From the NCBI RefSeq assembly GCF_003704095.1, contig NW_020847002.1, positions 1 to 64,000 of the forward strand: a DNA stretch of 64,000 nucleotides. Direction: 5' to 3'. The DNA comes from Pocillopora damicornis (lineage: Eukaryota). Positions 1 to 13,090 of this stretch are shown piece after piece; within the stretch, counting starts at the first letter, position 1; each line of letters starts with the position of its first letter. A program made the translations under genes and the position numbers. The notes below the pieces were generated by a model. It did no database searches, was not told the DNA's origin, and was given only the letters and a program-made list of their open reading frames with translations.

Positions 1-298
1 CTTTCGTAAAAGTTTCTCAGAAAAACAATTGAACATAGGAGTATCAGAGTGCATCAGGTTAACATCGATTCCTTCGCTGCGATCATCTTTTAGTTTTTCT
101 GTTCTTCGTGCTCGCAAGTCACACAACGATTGTAAGTGTCTTTCCTTGTCCAATTGTATTTCCTCTGTTGTTTTGCGTTTTCCTATTCCTTCTCCCTCGT
201 AATAATTTGTAATTACTTGTTTCTTTTTAGCAACAAATGCAAATAAATCTTAAAGCGTTCGCGTGTTGAAATCTGACTTTGTTGGGAGTCACACAAAG

Positions 299-567
299 AG
301 TACAAAAGTTTTGCAAAAAATGCAAAAACTGAAAGGGAAGTAACAAAACTTCAATTTTTGTCGTAGTCGTTCGTCGTGGGTCATTGAGCTCTTGCCTGAA
401 TGGCTCGTCTAAATGCACGGGTTTTTAGCGCGCACGATTTTTCTTTTTAGCACCATTCATTCCAAGACAAAATACAGAAGGGCCTCGCAATGAGTACAAA
501 CGTTTTGCACTAAATGCACTAACTGAAAGCGAAGTAACAAAACTTCAATTTTTGTCGTAGTCATTCG
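299..567. repeat. Two diverged direct copies of a ~75 bp interspersed-repeat segment
   Basis: AGTACAAAAGTTTTGCAAAAAATGCAAAAACTGAAAGGGAAGTAACAAAACTTCAATTTTTGTCGTAGTC starting near 299 recurs with few substitutions starting near 493. Confidence 0.7.
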
Positions 568-733
568 CGTTAAAGTGATCCCTCTATCAAAATAGCAAAA
601 TATGATGTGAATTAAGCCATAGTTATTATTTTTCACGGGCTTTAAATATACTTTTTTCTGTTTAGTCATAGCTGAAATGATAATAAAATGACCGACAAAA
701 CTTGGAAGAAAAATTAAAGCTTGTGCTATCCGC

Positions 734-810
734 CAGGCCTCAGTTGTTCAAAGGCTAGATGGTACTATTTATCGGAAAAATTGCTATCCGGTGATTAAGT
801 GTTTACCAAA
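734..810 (+). mobile_element. Truncated end of a MITE-like element
   Basis: CAGGCCTCAGTTGTTCAAAGGCTAGATGG...GCTATCCGGTG resembles the GGCCCAGTTGTTCAAAG...GCTATCC terminus I recall from invertebrate MITEs. No partner TIR seen. Confidence 0.4.
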
Positions 811-1539
811 TATACACGCTATTTTAAGTGCTTTATTTGCATGAAAAATTTTGGTTCGACTTTCTAATAGCACAATCTTCACATCTGTGTGTTTTTTTAC
901 CCCTCAAGGTTATCTCTGAATAATCCGTTAATGCTTTAGATTGTTTGTTAGACATGGTTATATTTGCAATAAAAATAATTAATAATAAAACCTGATTATA
1001 AATTTAAATCAATTATTAATAGAAATCAACCCCCGACATGTCCATATCACTACTGAACCTCGACCTGGTACCCTAGACCCTCGACCAAAAGACGGACTCA
1101 GCGAAAAAAAACCCTTATTCATGTATATTTATGCGAATGTGTCTTCGTTGAACTAATTTTTAGGGTAAGAAGATTTGATGGGTTTCCTTGAAATCTGGTT
1201 TATGAAGACTCCTGTGATGACAACCAAAAAGCCGTTAGAGGGAGGCCGAAGTCTCCACGGTGCGATCAGATTTAATACTCGATTAATTCAGTGAAAGAAA
1301 CATCGTCCCTTCCGAATTGTCGCGTCCTAGTCGATTAAATATTAGACTAAGCTAAAGGAAGCAAGTATAGTCAGATTCAGTATATTTCATAAAATTTTCA
1401 TGTACGAGTAGTTTATGGTCTTTACGTTGCAAATATGGCGTTGACTTTTTTTTGAGCGAAGGACAACCTGGATGTTGATACAGGTGGTTTGTAAATATGT
1501 TACTCTGTCAATGGCATAGGGTAAGATATGAACTACACC

Positions 1540-1745
1540 AAAGGGCCCTTGCACTGATGAACTTTTCGTCGTTGACGGCGGAGTAATTGACGTTTCCACA
1601 ACCTGAATGAGTTGTGAGTGGTCAGTCGAATTTTAAAAGTCAGGTTCTTGAGAGTTAATTGGTTACTGGCCGAAAGACTTAGGTGGCTTACGTCAGTTGT
1701 GATTGGTCAGTTTCGATAATTACGTTAAGTAGGATGGTCCTCTTC
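1540..1745 (-). mobile_element. Penelope-like terminal repeat relic with a partial hammerhead-type segment
   Basis: Minus strand has ACCAATCACAAC-type repeats followed by CAGGTTGTGGAAACGTCA, the 3' half of a hammerhead-bearing repeat recalled from corals. The CTGA-x-GA half is absent on this strand. Confidence 0.4.
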
Positions 1746-3886
1746 AGTTTTGGCCAATTAAATGATTAAACGAGAAACAGAAGAATAGAAAATCCTGCTT
1801 TAATCGCAGAAACTTTGAATTTTTATTATCATTATTTTGAGTCACCCTCCGCACAACTTTGCGCGCACGAGCTTGTGCTTTTCTAATCACCTTTTTCGAC
1901 GTAGAATTCTGAATCATAATAGTTTGATAAAGAAAATGAAACAATTCATTTTTGGTGATTTCATTTCCATGTTGGTGGAGCTACTTCTTGACTTCGAGCT
2001 ATTTTACTTCCAGGCCTCTCACTTGGCTGCAACATTTGTCCACCCCATGAGCGGAAGGATCTATCCGCTCATATCGCACACTCGCCCCAGGAATGTAAGA
2101 ATTATGATAACGCTTGCTTCTTTTGATACCCAGGAAAGAATAAAGAACACGGGCTGTGGCCGTGACTGGTACAAACCTGCGGGAAACTGGTTACTGATCT
2201 GTTTGGCGGTAGCTCGATGTTATCGGCTGCTTCAGTTTTTTGTACTCTTGCTATTTGCTTTTGTGCAGTGGTCTTCCCTTCAGAATCGATAAATACCCCT
2301 TTTTTTCTTAAGTTCTTGACTGTAATATAGTTCTCTGTGCTCTGAAATCAGCTAAGGGGTACCGTTTGTGTCCTCCGAATAAACTGCGTTCTTTAGTAAG
2401 ATTATCACATTCTTTGATAGCGAGTTACTGCTCCTCCCATTTCAATTAAGAGCTTACTCCTGGTATTCTGTTTGTGTTTGCAAGTGAGTATATACACACG
2501 AAGATAAACGTTTTAAGTGGTACTTATCCCAAAAGCTGTTTAAGATGTTGTCCATTTTTTCTCTTTATTGTTTTGAGGCAACAATACTTTGCAGAATTAT
2601 ATCATTTTGCTTTAGGGAGTAACGCATTTGATAGATCGTTTAATTATCTAAGCAGAGCAAAGTCAGTCGTAATACACCGCCGTTCAACTGTATATATAGG
2701 CTACCAGTTGTGCCAACATGAATGCCTGCCGCTCAATAAATAATGAAAATCAATTTTGTTATAATATTTTAAGGTCGACAACTAGAAATTACACCATGTT
2801 TTGTCTTATTTCAATGAATAAGCAAGTCAAAAAGAGAAACAGAAGCGTCGTTTAGTATTGATTTAGAGAGTGCAACCATGAGTGTAAACGGTAGATAATT
2901 TTTTGGTATGCTAGATGAATTTCTGGCACAAGCCGGCATAACCCATTCTTGCCTTTCTAATTTCATGTCCCACGGCGAGGTGATACAAATCGCCAGCTTT
3001 ATTTTGGTTGTCACCTGGTATGGTCGACAAACCAATCAAAATATAGAATTACACGTCCTTTTCTCCAGAAATGACAAACAGGGCTCTTGTAGGTGAAAAT
3101 TACGGACTTCTCTCTTCAATTAGAGAAAATTAGATCCTTCATTTGCATTTTAAAAAAAAGGTTGCTTGGGATTACCAGCTTCTCGTTTATTTGCTCAAAC
3201 TTTCATCGGCTTAGAAGCATAAGCACCGCAGGGTAAAAAGGAGAAAACATTAGTACAGGTGAGTTAGGATAAGTAGATCGAAAAAGCTGAAACAGTTAAC
3301 TTTTTTTGTAGATTGCATTGTTTCTAACTTCCATTACGTTTGGTTAATCATGTGAATTATATAGCTTTTAAAATTCACCTACTTCGGTTTCTCTAGAGTC
3401 GCTTATTTTAACTGCATGAGTGCCGCCACAATAAAGTTCTCTGATAAATATAGTCATTCAGGAAACTTTGGTCGTTCAGTGAGGCAAAGGGAGTGAATTT
3501 GTAGTTTAGTTGAAAGTTCTTCGTGGTCTTGATGTTTGCAGTGGACTCTACTGATTCTTCCAAGAAAGATACCGTAGCGAATACTTATATGATGAATTCC
3601 GTCTCCGTGGGGTGGCTATTGCCCAAACTACATAGTAACCAGATAATGAGTGGTGTAATGTATTTCTTTTCAGAATCTCTTCGTGAAACCAAGAAGCAGC
3701 CCGTCAGGGATTGTGACAGCAATAAATATAAGAAAAAACCCAATTGATCTCAATAAATAACTCTCAAAGGTGTATAAACGTAATTTTATCAAAGCATGAA
3801 GGGCCAGTTTTATGGAATTTGGTGACTACAGCATTCTACAGTAGAGTGACGAATGTCGTAAAGCAAGTGGATTATTTCATTAAGTC

Positions 3887-4915
3887 ATGAATATTACCAA
3901 CACCTCGTCAACCTCCAATCCAGTTTTCATTCCACCAGAGGTGAAGACAGCTCTTTACTCGAGTATTTTTGTCCTTGGGTTGTTTGGGAACTCTTTCGTT
4001 ATTACAGTTTTGGCCAGAAAAAGGTCTTCTCGCACCTGCCATGACATCTTCATCTGCAATCTTGCAATATCTGATCTAATTCTTCTCCTGACATATTTTC
4101 CTATGTTTTTTGCCCATGCTGTAGGAAACTTTAAAGCACCGAGAGTATTTTGCAAGCTGATATGGCCATTGATCACAATTTCGTATCTCTCCAGCATCTT
4201 AATCATCACATCTATGGCTATTCATCGCTCCAGGATGATTGTTAATCCTTACACTTCCGAAATAAGTCGAAGAAATGTCTACATCTGGATTTTCTGTTTG
4301 TGGATCATGTCGTTTGTTTGTATTCTGCCTGGAATGGTTTTTGCTGAGGTCAATCGAATGGGAATGTGCCACGTAGCTTGGCCTTCAGTGGAAGCTCACG
4401 TAGTATTTCGATTTTTCATGTTAATGGTTCAGTATCTCTTGCCATTGACAATAACAGCAGTCGCCTACATACGCATTGGGCTGGCCATAAATAGATCTAA
4501 ATTTCACCGTAAGTTTTCAAAGCAGCCCAAAGCCCTGAGCCAGACGCGACGGCGAGAAAACGCACAGGTTGTGCGGACCATAGCAACAATTGTGATAATA
4601 TTCGCTATTTGTATGTTTCCGAAACATCTGGCCTCTATCTACTATTACTTCGGAGAAAATGGCAAGGAAAAGGGAAAAATCCTCTTCAGGCTTCTCCATA
4701 TTTCCGAGATTTTCGCTGTTTTTCACAGTTGTTTAAATCCGCTTGTTTACGGCACAGTCATGAAGCATTTTCGCGCTGAGTACTTTAAATACCTTCAAGG
4801 TATCTTCTGTTATTGCTGGAAAACACGTGCAGAAAGAATGTCCAATCCAGGAGATCAAATGACTTCCTTAAATGACCCGCGGTCCTCCAGTAAAATGACT
4901 GCTTCGTCAGAATAG
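3887..4915 (+). CDS. Class A GPCR, peptide-receptor-like (galanin/allatostatin-A-like), intronless CDS
   Basis: 342 aa with 7 hydrophobic segments: TM1 GN, TM2 LAISD, TM3 HRS in place of DRY, TM5 YLLP, TM6 CMFP, TM7 NPLVY. N-terminal N-glycosylation sequons. Confidence 0.93.
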   Translation: MNITNTSSTSNPVFIPPEVKTALYSSIFVLGLFGNSFVITVLARKRSSRTCHDIFICNLAISDLILLLTYFPMFFAHAVGNFKAPRVFCKLIWPLITISYLSSILIITSMAIHRSRMIVNPYTSEISRRNVYIWIFCLWIMSFVCILPGMVFAEVNRMGMCHVAWPSVEAHVVFRFFMLMVQYLLPLTITAVAYIRIGLAINRSKFHRKFSKQPKALSQTRRRENAQVVRTIATIVIIFAICMFPKHLASIYYYFGENGKEKGKILFRLLHISEIFAVFHSCLNPLVYGTVMKHFRAEYFKYLQGIFCYCWKTRAERMSNPGDQMTSLNDPRSSSKMTASSE

Positions 4916-5312
4916 GTCATGAACACGTAAAACACCGGCAAAAGGGCTTCGGACTTCTTCATAATTTGGGTTGGAAGATGTTCATCAAACTGACATGGGC
5001 TTTTCGCTGTTCNNNNNNNNNNNNNNNNNNNNNNNNNNNNNNNNNNNNNNNNNNNNNNNNNNNNNNNNNNNNNNNNNNNNNNNNNNNNNNNNNNNNNNNN
5101 NNNNNNNNNNNNATTTTAACAGTGATGCATTTTTGTCACTTGACCTCTCTCTTTCTTAATCACCATATCCATGAATAAACCATTGCCTCACTTCGAAACT
5201 TAACCGAACAATAGAGCGAACCAAAGATGGAGTTTTTTTATCAAATTTGTTGCTATCGTTGCTGTTCCTAGTTGTGCAATCTTTGCCAACTTTAAACAAA
5301 GAAGCTGCCAAG

Positions 5313-6398
5313 CTATATTATTTTCGGGATCAGTGCGGTTGATTGAGTGGGTCCTCGGTAATCCATTTCTAGTAGATCTGTGGTTTGTCCACCTCTTGTC
5401 CATGTATTGAACCTCTCGCTAGCTTGGTGCTGTTGACACGGTTTTGCTTGGAGAATTCTTTTGTAGCGACAAACGAGAGTAGATTTGAGATATTGAACGT
5501 AATCTTGGCGAAACTGGCGAGTTACTGTCCCGTAGATTAAAGGGTTCAAACAACTGTGAAATACAGCTAATAAGTCGGAAAATTTGAAAATAACTTCTGC
5601 TGTCTTCCGGCCACCATTGCCACCAAAATCGACCAGCAACCAGGCTACGTGAGTGGGAAGCATGCACACAGCAAAGGAAACAACTATGGTTGCAAGTACT
5701 TTGGCAATTTTTTTGTTTTCTTGTTTCCTCGCCTCTTCCGCAGGTCTTGGCGGGGAAGTAAAAGACCTACGCCGCTTTGAGAAAAAGAGTTCTCCCCCAA
5801 TCATGACATATGCAACAGCAATGATGATTAGAGGAAGGAAGTATTGGAGCGCGGCGAGCACAGCAGTATAACCTCGCTTGTGCTCTTTTGTAGGCCAATC
5901 TTCAAGACAGCCTCCTGATGGTCCAACTCTAGCCACGATGATAAGTGGCAGGGCAACAAGAAAAGAAAGAACCCAAATAACCAAAAAACACAAAAAGAGC
6001 TGCCTTTTTTCAAGTACTCCCTCGAAAGGGCGAAGGATTGCTTTGCAACGATGAACTGCCATCAAGGTCACGGTAAAAATCCCTGCACAAAAGGATACAG
6101 TCATCATAGGCCAGATAATCTTGCAGTACACTAACGATCCGAGGAAATCAGACACTTGCATGTAGATAAATACTGGTAAACATAAAAGAATAAAACTTAA
6201 ATCAGAAACCGCCAAATGGATGATAAAAATGTCGTTTAAAGTACGAGTGTGCTTCTTGGCGACGACGAGGAGAACCAGAAGATTTCCTGTAGAGCCAAAT
6301 AAGAAAGTCAAAACAAAGATCGTTAGAGTGGCCATTCTTGCTGCTTCGTCGACTGCCGTGCCCCGTTTGTTGTTAAAAATATCCGATGAAATATTCAT
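5313..6398 (-). CDS. Class A GPCR, paralogue of 3887 and 13091
   Basis: 361 aa; GN, LAVSD, CKIIWP, HRC, QYFLP, CMLP, FHSCLNPLIYG. Confidence 0.93.
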   Translation of the reverse strand: MNISSDIFNNKRGTAVDEAARMATLTIFVLTFLFGSTGNLLVLLVVAKKHTRTLNDIFIIHLAVSDLSFILLCLPVFIYMQVSDFLGSLVYCKIIWPMMTVSFCAGIFTVTLMAVHRCKAILRPFEGVLEKRQLFLCFLVIWVLSFLVALPLIIVARVGPSGGCLEDWPTKEHKRGYTAVLAALQYFLPLIIIAVAYVMIGGELFFSKRRRSFTSPPRPAEEARKQENKKIAKVLATIVVSFAVCMLPTHVAWLLVDFGGNGGRKTAEVIFKFSDLLAVFHSCLNPLIYGTVTRQFRQDYVQYLKSTLVCRYKRILQAKPCQQHQASERFNTWTRGGQTTDLLEMDYRGPTQSTALIPKII

Positions 6399-9300
6399 AT
6401 TCAGGCTGGAGTTCTATTCAAAGCCTCTAGCTTTGTAGTAGTGTTCGTAAAGATTTAATTGCTGGCATATGTGATTTCATCACCTCGATATCCAAGGATC
6501 TGCGGGCAGAAACCTGAAACTTTAATCCAGTCGAACTGCGGAAGTAGCCCTAATGATTACGAACTTTGGCTGTCACAAACGACGAGCAAATTATATGGAC
6601 TCGTGGCGGCAGTCGGTTTCACTTTGTATTCCTAACAGGTAATAATTGTTCGGCTTAGCTCTTATTTAAATACTTATCACCTCACAATCAGTTGAGAACA
6701 ATGCTCACCGTATCACAGTAAACTCGCTCAAATCGCGGTGTAATGAAAGTTTTCAAGTAAACTGATTCTAGGCCTGATAGTAATCAAAAGGAAGTATAGG
6801 CTTTCAAAGCTTTTCGACCACTGAAATATGCAGATGTACAACTTCCATCATTATATCAGGTGAGAAAATACATAAAATCTTCGCTTTTAAAATGTTTATT
6901 ATAATGTAAAATATAAAAAACAATTATCAGTTTCTTTTAGAACACAGTAATTAAATCGAACTTTTTAACCCGATCTCGCTTTGGTTTGAGTGGTCATTTC
7001 ATTTTGCAGCTAAATGTGGCTGCCTACTTAACACTTAACTGGGAAATTATAGTATTTGCACTCCACGAGAAACCAACGAGACCAAAAGCACACGTATACA
7101 ACAAAACCTTTAAAATTTGAAGCTACTTTGAATCACGTTTTCCCCCTTTTTTGTATTCAATTGCTTACATTGTGTGTCATCAAGTTGTTCAACAGTTTTT
7201 AAGTTTCCTTTTTTTCTGATGCTGATGCTTGCCCGTAAATTGAATTAAACAATAAAACATCGAACAAAAACAGACACAAACAAAACCTTTTTCATTGGTT
7301 GCAACTGAACTACAATGATATGAAAATTATATTTTTCCAGTTTTAAAATATGAAACGAAATTTTTGTAGGTGTGAAATGTTTTATATTGATATGCAATGT
7401 TTGTTTTTTGAGTTTGTTTTATTTAGGCAGCAAAAAAAAATAACTATTGCATGTAAAACATCGATTCACATATCTGATTAAAGAGAAATTCGGCTGTGTA
7501 CTTGAAACCTTAATTTTTAAATGATAATCCTATACCAAACATTGTTATTGCAAAAAGAATTAAAGTATCCGTCAATTATTTGTGTGATGCTTTAATTCAA
7601 TTCCAAAAATATCTTATGCTGTCATTTTAAATTGAAAGAGGTTAAGTTTGTTAACAGTTAGGCGGCCTTCCCTTGCGAAATAGTGGTAAATGTAGGGTCG
7701 AATGTGCTGCATAAGAGAAATCAAAGAAGATGAATTGCGTTTAGCAGTTAGAAAAGGTTCATTCTAATCAATTAAGAGATCAACCCTAAGGCCTAAGATA
7801 GAGGTTTGGAGGCCAGTATCGGTTGTATGCTTCATCAATTACCACTGGATTGTGTCTATTTCCGCAATTTCGTTTTTGCAATGTTGACGCACGGAAATGC
7901 GGTAAAATCAAATGTAACACGGCATATGGATAACATAAGTGAAATGTCGTGGGTAATTTAAACCGTCCATGTGATCGCAATCGCATCTAGAATCAGAACT
8001 GAACTCTGACCGGGACTAGAACTGACGAAGCTATCTTGAAAACAGCTAGCAAACCATCGAGGAGCAGGCACTTTAACCAGCGGTAGAGTTGTACTTGATT
8101 CTAGCGTGTATGATGACTATGGAAGGTCGCTGGTCGCTTGAATCTTTTCAGTTGTTTGAGAAAAGACTCTGCGGCTAACTGTCTTTAAACAATTCCAATG
8201 GTATGGATCCCCATATAGTGATGTTACTTATTTTGTTGCTACAGGAGTGTTGCGTCGATCGACGCGAATGCTTTGACTACATTGTCGAAGAAGCCGAAAA
8301 GAAAAGAGTAATTGTTCAGATCAACATCCCGAAATAAAAGAAATATATCTTAACAGCAGTGGATGTGACTAAAAGTCAGATATTTTCATGTAGATCGTAA
8401 TAATATTTTCATCTTTTGCTGTAACGTTTTTTATTTCCAAATAATTTACTCTGATAAATGTCAATAGATCATGAAACCACAAAAAGAAAGGTAAACATTG
8501 CGTACGCGCATGCATGAACAATATACGACTGTTTCATCGAACAGCAAATGGTGAGGCCACGCCAAAGCGTAATGTTAGAATGAGTATTTTCCTTGAAGAC
8601 CATGCCATTAAATTAGAGACATAACTCATACGACTTTTTCTCGATAAAATGCCAGAATAATGATTGCATCTCTGATACCAAGCCCAGTTCACATAACAGG
8701 TGGTTATAAAAATTGATAATCAGAAATTTAGCTTTTGAAGCTTGACACGATGATCGGTGCCGCACTGTCGCTACTTTGGGCACAAAGTAGAGGTAATAAA
8801 ATTGAGGTCATATTTTGTGTTTACTGACGCGCGCATGGTGCCAACGATGTCTTTGCGCTCGTCGTTTTTAAGTCGTTAGCTTTATTCAGAAGCCACAATT
8901 CACGCAATTTGATGCAAACTGGTGGCTCTGGATTTAAAATGCTCGTTAGAAAATTATAAACAAAGGTCAACAAAAACTTCCTGAAATGTTTTCAATGATG
9001 CGTTTATTTGAATTAATTACATTAGCATTACTGAATAGGTTTGGCTTTTTATGTATGCCGCTCGCGCTCTCAATACAAACACATAAGTGATGTATTACTG
9101 TTACTCCTATTTGGTTTTTCCTGGCTTTAATGCTGTATTAGAGAATTCTCAGGTAATGTTTAAAGGAAACTATGTATGATTTGTTAGTTAATAGTCAACT
9201 TATTCCATGGAAAGTGACCACTTTATATGGACAGTGAATTTGCCATAATGGCCGGCAAATGGCTGCTTCATTTTGGTCCCAGGAAAATTTTTCGTTCTTA

Positions 9301-12300
9301 GAATTAAAAGGTAAGTTTTTATTGCTGATGATAACCTATAAATACTATTTTTTCATCTTATGCGGGGTACTACAATTTGAATCAAGTATTTAAGTCAATA
9401 AAAGGATCTTACTTCTTTTTTTTTTTCGCATGTAAATATGCGTGGATTTTCGAGCCGACAAAAAGGTAGTAGAAAGGTTTATCTTTTTACTTAGTTCCTA
9501 TTTATTTATTTTTTGAACAGGGAACAGAGCCCAATGCGTTAACAAATTCAAATATTTGCTTAATTTCGGATTAAGAAATTGCGTCTACCTTTCGCTTCCT
9601 ACCTCCCCTTAGGTTTTAGAGAAGTTCTAAACTTCTAGTTTAAAAGACTGATTTAGTCATTGCGACCATGTAAATTATTTAGTATTTGTGCATGAAACGG
9701 ATAAAAAGCTTAAACGCTTTTGATTAAGTTAACCATTGGGGAAAACGGAGATATTAATTACAAACAGGTAGAAAGAAACGTATTCTTGTTTTAACCTGAT
9801 CCTATTATTTCATCCCTTCACTTTAAAAGCGACGATTAAAGTCCGAACGCAGTCAGGATGAAGATAACACCAAAACACACGTTTATTCCAATTATTAGGA
9901 TTTTTCCCGTTTTTTTTTTAAATAACGTCAACTTCTCAGTTTCTCTGTAGTATTTTGTTGATTTTTCGCAGCATGTGAAAGTTATGAAATCCAAGATGAA
10001 AATTAAAAGAGGGCGCCATCGATTGAAAGTGAAGAAGCGTTTGAAAAAGCTCAGCGCGTAAACTTTCATTAAACTGGACGGGATGAGAGTATTCCAACTG
10101 CCATTTGAATAGATAAGACTTTTCATCGTCAGAACTGTTAGCTTCTTTTCACAAGGTACTCTTTTTTGCCGCCTTCAGCCCTTCAAAGGAACAAGTTGAG
10201 TTTGAAAACTTAACGAGTTCCTCTTTCGAGTAATTTCTTTCTTACGAATGAAACTCATTTGACCTGTTAAATTTCATTTATAGGAGAGAACAAGCATTTT
10301 TTAGCAAATGTGGTTCTTCAGTTTCTGTTGGCTAAAACTGTATTCAATGTAATAAACCTAAATGGTCGGTGTACATATCAGTCGCTACGAAATAGATATT
10401 TAAATGACTGTTTGTTACAAAATTCTACCTGAGAGCCAATTTAATTATTTTTCATATTTTGCCAGTTATCATTCCAATCGTTTATCTGACCTAAGGTCAG
10501 ACTACAGGTAATTCAGGCTCAAAGTGAAACAAAGAAAGTTTGCATTTTTCATCTCAGCAACATCATGATGGCTGGATTATGCTGAAAACGCAAGCAGCTG
10601 GGTTGAGATGAATACATCAATAATTCATGATTACTGCCTGGCTGCAAAGCTGCTCACGTGTGCATACTGATTTGGGAGTCACTCTCTCCTTTTGTTGGAC
10701 TTTTATACCATAAACTGACCTGCTGCAACACAGCGTGTCGGATTTGAATGAACCTTGTCATCTTACGTCCAATCTGAGGCTTACAGAATTTGTGTAAGGT
10801 GGTGAAGACATAGACTAATAAACAATGCGTATCAATACTTCTTTTGGCATGAATAAGTGATCAGTGAAAGAGAAATATCTTAATAAAACCGGAACACTGG
10901 TCACGAATTTCCGCGCTGTCAACACAAACAATGTAAGAGTGACTGGTATTTCCTTGATACAGTTTATAATACTGCAATTTCATTTGGACGGAAAACACGA
11001 TCGATAAGCTTAAGTTCAAGTATGAGTTTCAGTGCTTCCTAAGCTGTTTAAAAGCTATCAATTGAAAGCTTCCGTCATCTTTGAGGAGCAGTAAAAGCTG
11101 TAGACATTTATTAGTCATATTTTTGACAAAATTCCGGAAGTTTTGAGTGGAAAAAGAAATGGTATTAAGGATATGAAAGAGTGTCAAATTTTATTCCCTT
11201 TTTAGTGAAGTACTATATAATTAATATCGCTGGTATGAAAAAATTAAAATGTGATTATCATAAGTAATGATATTGTAGGATAATGTTGATTTTACTGACC
11301 GAATTCATCGTTATCACGATCATGGTCAACTTCACTGTGGATCTGAAGTAGGTTTGTAATTCTATGCTCAAGATACCTCGCAAAAAATTCTGCTGATCGA
11401 TTGCAAAATGGTGGCGGAAACTCGTGTAATGATCAATGAGATCTTTGTTGTAAGTTTCCTGTGCTTTGCGCACTTTACACAAACAAAACTTCTTGAAAGA
11501 AGTGTCTCGATTAAATAACTAAAGCCAGGCTACAATTGTCTTTCCGTTTATTTTTGAAAACAGTTGTTAATTTTTTTGGGTGCGAATAGCGTTAAAAAAG
11601 ACTTGTTATGCAAATTAGGCGTAGTTTGTGCATGACATCAATCACAAATATTCTTCCGATGATCTCAGTTACTCAGGTGAGTTATGAAGCTTGCCAGTTT
11701 CGATCGCCAAGTTACGCTGCCCCAAAAGTCACAGATTCTCCTGAGATAACAATCTCAACTATTTATGCAAAATGGTGCATTGGAGCTGAAACAAACAGAA
11801 TGTATAGACGAGGGCAATTAAACGATTTACAGCCGCCTAACAAGGTGACCGCCGAGTCTAGCATAATATTTTCTTCCATCTTCACATCTTAAACGATTAG
11901 GTGTTGATGGCTAATTGATGTCACCAAATTTGCTTTGATAGCGTAATTAACGTCAAAGATAGATCCATAAAAGTGAAGTGCTCATAACGTATTCGTAAAC
12001 GTATTTTTTCTGGACAAAATCTTTCCCTTTTTTATCAAGTAAGGATGGATGAGAGAACTGTGATGTAATATATGAATAGATTCAACAATTCACTATTTAT
12101 TAAGGACCATGCTCCAATCATTATTTTGTTTAGATATTGCGAACAGATAGGGCTCAGAATTATATACTAAGTTAAATTACGAGATGCACCTGGTGTCTTA
12201 TTAATGAAACCTTAGAGGTTGCCTGATTGGTATCCATGATGCACGGTGAGCATCAATCCAGGGATCAAATACCCTCCTCCCATTCTGAGTACTATTCAGT

Positions 12301-13090
12301 TTTGTGTCACTCGTCAGTGGTGAATTTCCTTGAAGAAAAAGCCAGGTCTTAGACAAGTCAGATTTATGGAATTTAAGTGGCAACGTTAGTAAAAGTTTAC
12401 AGTTTGTAACAACTCGCACTCTGTTTATCAACACCAGTCAAGAGACTAGAAAAAGTTTCAATTCTCCCGCAGTAATTCATTAAAAAATTTCTTGCATGAG
12501 TTGATAAAAAATTCGATTATAAATTCCCTCCACCGCAAAAACCTGTTACTCTTTTTTTTTTTTTTTCTGTGAAATATTTGTGGAAAATGTGGGTGACCTA
12601 CCTCATTTCTTAGCGAACAGCACCTGCAGTAAACACTAAGGAATGTTTACAGTGGGTTGTCCGGTTGGCATAGTAACTCGTTAAGATAGAAAATAGATAT
12701 TGTTTCCTTTTTATGTTGATACCATCATGATAATGATTACCTATCATAATTAAAAAAAGAAATAACTCTAAAAAATCACACGCATGCACCCTGATCGTCC
12801 ATTTCCTCCATCCCATCGATAAAGTAATCAAAATTCTTATTTATTACATTTTTGCAATGTTTATATTTTTGAAACATCAAAACAGTGATATCCATAGTAT
12901 TTAAAGACAGGAAAAGATAATGAAAAAGATTGGTATCTTTGCAGGTGGTGTAGGACGATCAGGGATATGACATTTTGAAGACAAGAAAGATTTCAAGAGT
13001 GAAAAGCTGTTCATCTTGCTTTAGTGCGAGCAGACAGGTTTCATCTTCGATATAAAGCGACAATACTAAGAGGAGAGTCTAGCAGACAAA

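Noticed and set aside
1837-2292. 151 aa ORF
   Set aside because: Non-ATG start, begins in repeat-like sequence, no recognisable domain.
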